Assembly (NCBI RefSeq): GCF_018977255.1
Contig: NW_024704742.1
Span: 109,866,001-109,930,000, forward strand
Direction of reading: 5' to 3'
From: Callorhinchus milii
Taxonomy: Eukaryota
Length of the DNA: 64,000 nt
Shown here: piece after piece, positions 25,020 to 35,537 of the stretch
How the letters are laid out: every line of letters starts with the position of its first letter
How positions within the stretch are numbered: the stretch's first letter is position 1
Program-made: the position numbers and the translations under genes
Notes under the pieces: generated by a model
What the model saw: the letters and a program-made list of their open reading frames with translations, nothing else
What the model was told of the DNA's origin: nothing
Database searches by the model: none

Positions 25020-25897
25020 ACACGGAATTTTCTACGTGTAGGTGGTACACATATGTCTGGTTTGGATACTCTTAAGCATGGTAATGCTGTGACAGATCAA
25101 TCTACTGTGTGTAAAAAAACATACTCAATGATTTCCAAAGTATTCACGTTCAGGTGTCGGTTTATTTAGATTAAGATGCTCCATGGCCATTGTCCCAAAG
25201 ACAACAATGGCCATATTTGTTCACACTGAAAATGTATTGAGTCCTTTGAACCTCCCTGAAACCTGAAACAATGATTTGTTAAGTTCAAAGGCCTTTTTGC
25301 CAAGTTTGGGCCGACCTCCAAAACTGTTTATTTGGAGACGCCTTTGGGGGAACAGCAGCAGATCTGAAGGTCAGAACAAGATAGAGAGTGAGAGAGAGAG
25401 ACCTTTTTAAAAAGAGAGCGAGACCTGCCTGACTGTTTTTGTACTGTGAAGAAATTGTACCATTTTGCTAAGCAAAACAAATTGTTGGTAAAACCTTCCA
25501 TTTTTTCTATATTTGTTTAATTCTTTAATTTGCTGATTTAAAGTTTCTGTATGTTCAAATACGTTGATAGCATTCAGAATTAAAATCTTATTCTTTAATT
25601 GGAAAAGATGCTGGTGTGATTGCTGATATATTTCCATCCTGATTTTGTGGAGGCTAGAGCAATTTCTTGGTGTTTTATTGTCAGCCCAGGTTAGTCTGAG
25701 TTTGATTGTTTGAGTTTACGTAATCAGTCCATGCTGCAAAATAAGCTCAAAAGGAGCAAAGCCAGGTGCAGCTGAAATTTGTAGTAACCGAGAAAGGGCC
25801 TACAGAGGTCATTCGATAAGAGACAAGCCAGACAATCTCAAATTCGTGACAGATGGGTTTTCGTATGTGTCAGACACCCGGCTGACCAAAAAAAAAT
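25020..25897 (+). repeat. Family X 3' end split by an insertion (parts about 25020-25087 and 25852-25897)
   Basis: GGTTTGGATACTCTTAAGCATGGT resumes after the insert as GATGGGTTTTCGTATGTGTCAGACACCCGGCTGACC(A)n. Confidence 0.8.
25088..25851. mobile_element. Probable solo LTR (764 bp)
   Basis: Begins TGTGAC and ends GTGACA (TG...CA, imperfect inverted ends); cleanly interrupts a family X copy; flanks AATGC/GATGG could be a decayed 5-bp TSD. Confidence 0.6.
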
Positions 25898-26188
25898 GTA
25901 CAAGATGCCGCCATCTGAGATGTTTCTTAAAAACAGAAATCATTTGCTCTGTAAATGGATAGAAAGATGTTTAAAAGAATCAAGAAAATTATTAAAATGC
26001 TTATCTGAATTATTGTGACTGATTCAGATATTTGACTATTTAAAACTAAAATGTTAATCTGTATAATAATCACACAGAATAAAACTGAATCCCTATAACA
26101 GATCAGGGCCATAATATCCTTGTGTCATTGCAAAGAAGGATATAATTTGCTGAGCAAGTTGAAAAATGTTGCTGCCATTATACTACCA

Positions 26189-26575
26189 GGTGTCAATTTG
26201 ACTCAGTTGATAGCACTATGGTTTTTGAGTGAGAAGGTTGTGGGTTCAAACCCTACTTTGGAAATTTGAACTTATAATGTAGGCTGATACTCCAGTGCAG
26301 TGTTGGGAGCCATGTATTGTTGGAAGTGCCATCCTTCAAATGAGATGTTAAACCGAGCTCCTATCTGCCTGTTCAGGTGGATGTTAAAAGTCTTCCTGAT
26401 ATAATTGATAATTTGCTTCATGGCTGTTTGTGGGACATTTCTGTAGACAAATTGGCTGTTGCATTACCCTACAAACTACACAGTCATTGCACTGTACAGT
26501 AAATCCTGTGAAGTTTTCAAGATGTTTTGTTGACATGATAAGTTACTATACCAAATTTGGTTATATATCAAATGC
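26189..26575 (+). mobile_element. Full-length DeuSINE
   Basis: Head GTGTCAATTTGACTCAGTTGATAGC...GGGTTCAAACCC; core GAGATGTTAAACCGAG...TTCAGGTGGATGTTAAAAG. Confidence 0.85.
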
Positions 26576-26579
26576 AATT

Positions 26580-27006
26580 ATAATAATTCTTACCATTGGT
26601 AAAGTGCCTTTCACATCCGGAAGACATCTCAAAGCTCTCCACAGAATATACAGTCAAGTGGAGGGACGGATTTTTTTGTCAGCCAATGGGGCAGCCATAT
26701 TACGAATCACAATATCCCACAATGCATGACCAATTTTATTGGGGGACTGTTGGCCAGGTCACCGAGAGAAACTCCCTTCTCTTTTCAAATAGTGCTATGG
26801 GATGTATAAAATTCATCTGAAGATAGAGATAGGACCTTAGTTTATTGTCTCATCCAAGACGTTTGCACCTCCAACAATGCATCACACCCCCAGTACTGCA
26901 ATGGAGTGTCAGCTTAGACCATGTGAATTCCAAGACCAGGTGTGGGACTTGAACCCATAATATTCTGACTCAGAGGCAAAAGCTACCAACTGAGCCAGGC
27001 TGACAC
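26580..27006 (-). mobile_element. Full-length DeuSINE, tail-to-tail with the previous copy
   Basis: Ends GCTACCAACTGAGCCAGGCTGACAC; core AAATAGTGCTATGGGATG. Confidence 0.85.
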
Positions 27007-29603
27007 ATCCATTTGTTTCTTGATTAGTTATTGGTATAAATGAAACATCAAATCATTTACATAATTTCACAACAGCTTGTATTTACACATGATACAGGAT
27101 GGGGATAAGGGTCGAGCTGGTGGTGTGAGAGAAGGGTGTAGAAGAGGGTGAGATGGAGAAGGTGGAGGCAACTGAGTCATTCTTTTCCTATTTTAATACT
27201 AATTCCAGTAAAACCAGTCATCCTGAAACATTAGTTTTGTTTTCTATTTTTGTGTTGTTGAACCTGTTGTAAATTTCCATCATTTTCTGTTTTTATTTCA
27301 GAAATACCAGGTGTTTTGTAATATCTTGATAGTCAATCACAGATTTGGTGTTGTTTGGCCAGTGATCTGATAGCTCTCTTTACAATGACATGAGCAGTTT
27401 TATTATCTTTTATTTATTAGGCTGGCCATGATTAGTGGTGTGTGGTTATGATTTTTAACACCTAAGCTAGTGATTGTTTTGTTTTGTGATGTTAACCTAT
27501 AACTGCACACAAATGCAATTTGGAATCTCCTTGTATTTACACAGTGGAATGCTAAAAAATTTCATCCTGCAAATAATTGTAAAAGAGTAATGTGGAGAGA
27601 CAGAGAGTGAAAGCATATCACATGCAGTTCAGTTTTCTCTCACTTTGACTTCTGGTTTAGCTGCCCCTCTGTCTATTATGCATTGGGTATAGATGCATAA
27701 TATGCAAAACTGTTGATTGATCTGCTGGACATCCATTCAGAATTGTTTAGCATTACTGTAGAATAAGGTTTCAAATCCGATTGCTAAAAAGACCACTTGA
27801 CCACCATCATTTTATATTGAATTTGCAACATTCATAAACATTTAAAGAGTGCAGATTGACTTGAATTTCACCAAATTCTTTGTGGATATCAACAAACTTA
27901 AATTTCCTTTTCGTTTTAAATGCTTAGTCCATATAAAATATATCTACTCATTAACTAACTGCCTGAAGCTTTAATCTTTTCTGAACTGTCACCACATCCA
28001 GGGTCAGAATTGTAAAACAAAGCACAAGGCCTGCGTGATATTTACCAGTTCTATAATGTTATACATGCTATACATGTTTACCAGTTCCATAAAACATTGA
28101 TTCAGAATCATTTGATTGATTAACAGGCCAAGAATAAATTGAGTTCTCTTTTCAGTTAATTTAAAGAGTTGCTTTACTTTTTGAAACCTATTGGTGAACA
28201 ACAATAAATGAATCCTTCAAATAACTGCAGTTGGTTTTACTAGAACACACTTGTTAACCTTTCAACAGGCTTTAATGAGATTTTCCAGATTTAACAAATG
28301 ATGAAGAATAAGGCTCCCCATCAGTTCCCCCAGAAACCGTCTGTAAAAATCAGGATCCCATCATCATTTCCCCTTTTTAAAAAATCTCATCTTCATAGGA
28401 ATACCAATTGATTAACAAATCATCATTCTTCTAAAGAGATTTGGCATCTGTATCACTTCTAAATATGATAATATGACCATTTATGTATATCCCTTTTAAA
28501 ATTGAGAAGGTGGAGTGACTGACAAATATTATTAGGAGAATATTAAAATTATTACAAGTTTCCTACTTTTGGAGCTCTTTTAAAAGATTTTTCAAAAGTA
28601 CTATGTTTAAAATAACAGTTCCATTTTAAAAGAGACCAACTTTTTGTCTTTTAAATAGGTTTTTAACAATAAGTTATGAAGAATTGTGCTTAGAATGTAA
28701 TACTGATTACAATGCTCTGTTCAAATGGGAATTGATGATGTTGCTCTCTCTGCAAATAATGTGACTCTCCATAAGGAGTCACATTATTTGCAGAAGGAGC
28801 TTTCAGTCACTGTCAATTGATTTGTTATCGATTGAACTCAGTATGAATGGATCTTTATCAATCAGTATAGATAGTACATTGATTAATCATAGTATCTGTA
28901 GAATTTGCTGTGTTTAGGATGTAATAATTGCTCATTTTATTTTCCTGGTACAAATCACCTATGAGTAATCAGACCTTAGTCCTGTTGTAATGGATTTTTC
29001 CCCTTCTAGCAGGATGTTGCTTTTGGCTATAGAAAGTTAATTTCAAATACTGATTTGCTTGCATTAATTTCCAAGCCATTTACTGGGTAAAGGTGTGGAA
29101 GGAATATCATAGACATCACAGCACTCTGCTGATGCTGATTGTTCATTATCCCAAGCCAGAAGGAAACTGTGTTAATGTGAAGGCCCCAATGTGTTGCCAC
29201 TGATAAAATCTTTATAACCATTTCTCCCTAAGGCTTTTATATACAGCATATAAAAATCTAGAGGCACCAACACAAAAAAGTTTCAGTTCTTTTGGCAATT
29301 TTGCAGCTCTTTTTCAGATGGACAGAGATAAAACTCATCAGATTAACAAGAGACACAATGAAAAACAGTTTGAAAAGCACTACTAACTGAGCCAGGCTAA
29401 AACTTTCAAGAGCACAGTAAATAAATACTGCATTGCATGTGTTATTAGGTTATAACCTTAACTATTAACTTGAATTGAAGGCAGTAGTTGTATTTTATTG
29501 AATAGCTGCCATCGGTTAATTAATCTTGATAACGGTAATGAAATTTTTTTACTTTCTTTCATAGCAAAGCAGAAAGTAGAACATTTATAGAGTTAAAAAA
29601 AAG

Positions 29604-29772
29604 GCAAAATACTGCAGATGCTGGAAATCTGAAATAAAAACAAAAGTTGCTGGGAACATTTCAGGTCGATGACCTTTCTGACTAAAGGTATTCAACCTGA
29701 AACGTTAACTCACATTCCTCTCTCCATAGATGCTGCCTGACCTGCTGAGTATCCCAGTGACTTCTGTTTTTA
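29604..29772. repeat. Short fold-back repeat with hammerhead-like remnants, possibly Penelope-derived
   Basis: Inverted arms 29636-29655 and 29752-29771 (17/20 match); central CTGACTAAAGGT-ATTCA-ACCTGAAAC; a more decayed relative at about 27215-27320. Confidence 0.6.
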
Positions 29773-30384
29773 ATTATAGAATGTATTTCATTTAAAAGAA
29801 GGCCTCAGAGAAATGAGAGAAAGATTTAAAGAAAACATATAGCAAAGTGAAATAATGATTGAGAGCTTAGCCACCAATAGCTGGAGTTGAAAGAACAGTG
29901 GGGGGTAGGTGGAGGAGAAGGGGGGGGTCGCATACAAGCAGAGATGTAGGGCTGCAAAAGATTGTATGTTTGGAGTGCATGTAGTTAGATCAGGGCCTTC
30001 AAATTAATCCACTAGGTATTGGGAGGCAATATAGCTTGGCCCTAATTGGCAGGGGCTTGTGCAGAAGAAAACTCAAGTGCAGAGTTCTGTATGTTAGTTG
30101 AAGCTTCTAGAGCAAGAGGAGAACAGCAAGACTAATATTGAAAAAAATCTATCCTCGAGCTTATGAAAGTATGGTTAAGAAAGCTGTCAGTGCACATGTG
30201 TCAAATATGAATTTTTTGAGTAATTTAGTGGCTCTTTTCACAATATGTCAACAAATGTGGTCATGTTTAGTCAACATTTCTTTTCCCAATTTGTCGCCTA
30301 GTAGTCGAAATCTTGACAGATCCTAAATCTTGTGCGAAAAATTTCTCCTCACCTCCCCTAATAAAAAAAAGGAAGGAAAAAAAA

Positions 30385-30625
30385 ACATTTTTCACATCGC
30401 GAGTTGTTTGGATCTGGAATACACTGCCTGAAAGGGTGGTGGAAGTCGATTCGATAACAACTTTTAAGAGAGAAGTAGATAATTATTTGCAGAGGACAAG
30501 TTTGCAGGGCTATGGGGAGAGAGTGGGGGGAGTAGGATTGATTTGGATGGCTTTTTTCAAAGATCCAGCACAGACACAATGGGCCGCATGGCCTTCTTCT
30601 GTGCTATATAATTCTATGATTGTGT
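30385..30625 (+). mobile_element. CR1 LINE 3' end (HER1-like)
   Basis: Translates FFTSRVVWIWNTLPERVVEVDSITTFKREVDNYL; tail ATGGGCCGCATGGCCTTCTTCTGTGCT...TTCTATGATT. Confidence 0.85.
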
Positions 30626-31967
30626 AAAAAATCACCACATTAGTTAATTTGTTGTTACAGTTGTTACAAAATTTGATGATAATAATAATCTAGTTATTTG
30701 ACATGGCGCCTTTCACATTAGGAGTAAACAATAAAGACCTTCTCAAAGGTCTTTACTGTTTACTGTAAAGTGGAGTGATGCATAGGGCCGAAGGGGAAAA
30801 CTACTGTCACATATTTGTTTTTTGGGGGGATTTGAAATCGGAGGATGTTTTACAAACATCCTTTTTATAATAAAAATATAAGTTATCATTATAGGTAATT
30901 TATTGTCAATACAATATGTTAGGGTCCTGAGATTGAGTTGTTAGAGTAGAACTTTTTATTGCATTGGTATTTACAGGGATACTCGTAGACTTCTCTGCAC
31001 TCTCTATTTCATTGTTGAAATAATGGAGCAGGTGCACTGTTGTCAGTTAAGGAATCCCCTTAGAGTGTCACTCACTGTATAATATTGACATCATTGTGAC
31101 TGGTCTGCTCAGGAATCAATTGTGGGCTGGCATTTCCTCATTTCCACTGAGTATTGCACTTGAGTGACACCTGCTCACGTATTTGCACAACAAAATGGAG
31201 TATGTGGATTTTCAGAAAATACGTTAAATTCATTGAACCAGTGTTACTTTACATAATTAAAAGATGAGCACTTTATACAGAGTTGCATTGTGTTTATATT
31301 TAAAATCCTAGCAAGTGGTTTTCCATCACAGAATTTATTATTAGTTGTGAGGTAAATGCTATTTCTATCATTTAAAGGACTAGGTGTGGATTTGGCCGTC
31401 ATCATGTGGTTAATTGGAATTTATGTTTACATTAATACTTAGATTGGTTAGATATGTCAGGTCTGACTGACTGCTTGCTGTGCACAAGAAAGATCTTTGT
31501 CTGTGTTGTCAATTCTCTTAGTATGTTTGACCGTCATGTTTGAGCTCAGTCTGAATTGTAGATGTTGGAATATGCATGTATAGCAAGATGCCATGTCAAC
31601 ACACCAATATGGCTCATCTCCACAGTTCTCCAAGTGACAATTTCCCTATTTTGACTCATCTGACAGCGAGGTGCTGACCTTCATGAGACTTTATGCTTCT
31701 CTGCATTGAGACAGGGAAGGCCATCCTATCACTCCTGAAACTTAACTTTTGGAATGTACAGAGGCCTCTAAGCAGGTCATAAAACCTCTTTCAGGCTACA
31801 CATAGCATGTGAAGGTGAGAAGCCATTTAAAAAAGAATGGAAGAATGAGGAAAATCAGACAGAAATAGACATTTTGGGTCAGGTAAAATGTATTCATATA
31901 GTATTCTGTTATCTTTTAAAGCTACTTTGTCTAAAAAAATATAAACTAATTATTATTAGAAAAAGAC

Positions 31968-32516
31968 ATGCTGGTGACTAACTTCCTTGGGTGGAGATAA
32001 GCAGGGTCTCCTTGGAGCTGAACTTGGAGGTGACATGCTTGGCAACAGAATGTCAGCATCAAGCCAACCCTCTGTGGCAGGGCACCGTTGTTGACAGCTG
32101 AGATAGCCTGACTCATTGGCAGGATTTGGAAGCTCAGACCAGTCACCGAGGGTAGGGATTCTTCTCACCTTCTGCAAGCTAAAGCCCTAATGGATAGGGT
32201 GGTCCTCGCTGAATCAGCAGTGGGAAAGCTTGCCAGTCAATGCTCTCAATGGCAAGCTATACAGTTTTAGCTAGTTAGACGCCAGCAGTAACCCCAACGT
32301 ACACTCTGGGGCCCCAAGCCTTGGCTCTTGTGAACCTGCACCTTATACTGTTGGAATTAGGTAAGGAGGATGTGTCCCTCCAGTGAGAGAGTGCACATTC
32401 CATTCCAATAAATATCTTTGGAATTTTCATTTATCGGTGATACGCATGAAACTCTCAGTCGAGTTCGGATACTCTTAAGCATAGGTTTCTGCATATGTCA
32501 AACACCTGGCTGACCC
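31968..32516 (+). repeat. Family X, near full-length copy (about 550 nt)
   Basis: From GCTGGTGACTAACTTCC...GGGTCTCCTTGGAGCTGAACT to GGATACTCTTAAGC...GTCAAACACCTGGCTGACC. Confidence 0.85.
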
Positions 32517-33424
32517 CCCACCCCCAATAAAATCAATCAAAAATGCCTTTAGAAAGACAGTTAACTTACTTAAGTCATATTGTCTTGCTTTAGAATACAG
32601 ACCAGCTTCTTGCACACTTACAAATAGCTGACTTCAATAACATCAATTTGTTATCAAAATCAACCTAATGAGTAATGACCCAGGAGTTGGCTTTCTTTTT
32701 TAGCACAGGAAGCCTGCTGGTTTTCTGAAAGCATGCGCGGTGAATGCAGAAACACTGACCAGGGATCATGTTCATTTATAACTCTGTTGGGATTTTATGG
32801 ACCACAACTGAAGAGTTATTATGGAGTTCTGCTGTTTTGAAGGATTTGGATAAACCTCATTTGTAAACACTTACATGTATGAAAAATCTTGATATTTGGG
32901 AGTATATTTAATAAATAAACTAAAACATGTGACAAACATTTTTGTAACTGATCTATTCTAAATTCTGAACATTTAAGAATGACTTTTCGTCAGAACAGCT
33001 TTAATTTCTAAGCCACTTATTGTTTACTACTTTACATTGGGATAGATAAAATATAAAAATATTTTAGAATGTAGTTGGGGGGTACTATATTAAAAAAAAA
33101 CGATATGATTCACACGTCAACTTTCACATGAGCATGAGAGATGTGATTCATTATTTATTAGTAATACACCACCAATATAATTAAAACACCAAATATGTCA
33201 TGAAGCATGAATATACTCCTATGGGTATATTACATTGGGGGCCAAAACCGTGATCTTCGCAACCAGCAATCACAGCAAATATTGAAAGCTGCCAGTAATT
33301 GGATGGGGGGAGGGGGTGCTCCATAGCTGGAAAAGCTTTAGAGGATTGAAAAGGTTTGAATGACATATCTTTTACCTTCACTAGTTCAGCTTCCCTTCCC
33401 CCCCACCCCTACCCCCCCACCCCC

Positions 33425-33680
33425 CTCAATATTGCCCACCTCCATCACTATCTCTCCCTTTGGGCCGCCAAGACCCTAATCCATGCTTTTATCACATCCA
33501 GGCTTAACAATCCCAACTCTCTTCTCCCTGGACTTGTCAATTCTTCTCTCCACAACCTGCAAACCATTCAGCTCTGCAGGTCATGTCCACTCCTGCACTG
33601 GAGCCCGTGAGCCTATCAGCCCTATCCTTCTCTGGCTCAACTGGCTCCCCATCCCCAGAGGATTGAGTTCCAGAGACTAG
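33425..33680 (+). mobile_element. L2 ORF2 fragment
   Basis: AAKTLIHAFITSRLN and LNWLPIP motifs. Confidence 0.8.
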
Positions 33681-33869
33681 GAATAAAATCTAGCCGCTTG
33701 TGTGGAGAATAAATACCAGACAGACTGGTATTTATACTGGGCCGGGTGACCTGTTTCTGAGTTGTACTAATGATGAATCTATGTACATGATATGAAACAA
33801 AATTGGTGAGAGTATTTCCCGAAAGGGTTCGGGAGACAACCTGACAAAATAATGCTGCACAGGCTGCAA

Positions 33870-35537
33870 TAGTGCTAAGTTTTTTGCATCAGTCTTTACC
33901 AAGGAGGAGACGGTAACCTATCTGATCTGGAAAAAGAACTCAGGGATGTCGCAGAGAAAAGTTGGAACACTATTCATATCACTGCCAGCATGGTTGCCAA
34001 ACAGCTGTGTAAACTTAAGGTAAATAATTCTCAGGGGCCGGATAAATTGCATCCGAGGATCCTTAAGGAACTAAGGGAGGAAGTCGCAGAGATGCTGGCA
34101 CAAATCTTTCAAAAATCACTGAATACTGGAGAGGTGCCAGGGGACTGGAGAAAGGCAGATGTTACTCCTATTTTTAAGAATGGTAACAAAAGTGACCCAA
34201 GAAACAACAGACTAGTAAGTTTGACATCCATTGTGGGTAAAATTATGGAGACTCTTATTAAAGATAAATTCCTGGAGGTTCTGGACAGAAATAAAATCAT
34301 AAATGATAGCCAATATGGATTCATGAAGGGAAGGTCTTGCCAATCTAATTTACTGGTTTTCTATGGCAGTGTGGTAAGGGAGCTTGATAAGAGAAACAAT
34401 GTTGTATATCTGGATTTCAGTAAGGCCTTCGAAACAGTTTCTCTTGAGAGGCTGGTAGTGAAAGTAAAGAAAGAGGGGATCAGTGGAGGTATATTACAAT
34501 GGATACGCAATTGGTTGACCGGAAGAACCCAGAGGATGGTGGTACAGGGAATGTCACCAGACTGGGAAAATGTAACCAGTGGAGTTCCACAAAGGGTCTG
34601 TTTTGGAACCTCTTTTGTTTAATAATTTTTATAAATGATCTGGAACTAGGAGTCGCAAGCACAGTGGCTAAGTTTTCAGATGCCACCAACCTAATGAAGC
34701 TGGTAGATTGCGAAGCCTAACAAGATAGGTTACATGGGGATTTTAACATATTTGGTAATTGGGCAGATCGATGACAAATGAAATTCAATGTGGAGAAATG
34801 TAATGTACTTCACATGGGAACAAAAAATCCTGAAAGGGACTATTATTTGAACGAAAGGAAAATAATATGTATGGAAAATGAAAGGGACCTGGGGGTCCTG
34901 ATTGACAATAAATTGGAGCTCTCCCAACAATGCTCCGGGTCAGTGAGTAAAGCAAACCAGATGTTGGGATGTATCAAAAGAACGATAGCAAGCCTAAATA
35001 TTGGGGTAATCCTGCTACTGTATAAATCATTGGTGAGACCATACAATTCTGGTCACCACAGTACAAAAAGCATATTGGAGAAATCGAGAAGATACAGAGG
35101 AGAACAACCAAAATGATTGAGGGAATGGAAGGACTGGACTATGAGGAGTGACTAAATAAATTGGGCATGTTCACACTGGAAAAGAGAAGATTGAAAGGCA
35201 ACATGATTACTGTCTTTAAGATGCTAAAAGGGCAAGACAATATAGATCTTGACAGGCTGTTTCAACTTGTCCAGAATAGTAAAACCAGAGCACACGGCCT
35301 GCGATTGAAAGAGGGGAAATTCAGAACAAATCTACGCAAACACTATTTCAGTGAGCGAATAGTGAACCTGTGGAACCTGTTGAAGCAGGTTGAAGCAGGA
35401 AGTGTTGATTCTTTCAAACACAGAAATAACATTATGGGATATAGGTAGTTTGGGACATCTGTGCATGCGACCGCCAGGAAGGTGGAAGGCGAACTAGATG
35501 GACCTTGGGCTTTTTTCATGTAGCATTTCTTATGTAC
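33870..35537 (+). mobile_element. CR1 LINE, 5'-truncated, with decayed RT and 3'UTR
   Basis: GPDKLHPRILKEL, QYGFMKGRSCQSNL, YLDFSKAF, SGVPQ, degenerate KFSDA, FNVEKCNVLH, FSERIVNLWN; multiple stops and frameshifts. Confidence 0.95.

Noticed and set aside
33990..34622. 210-aa ORF as a functional reverse transcriptase
   Set aside because: CR1 fragment with stops and frameshifts; the catalytic FADD motif has decayed to FSDA.
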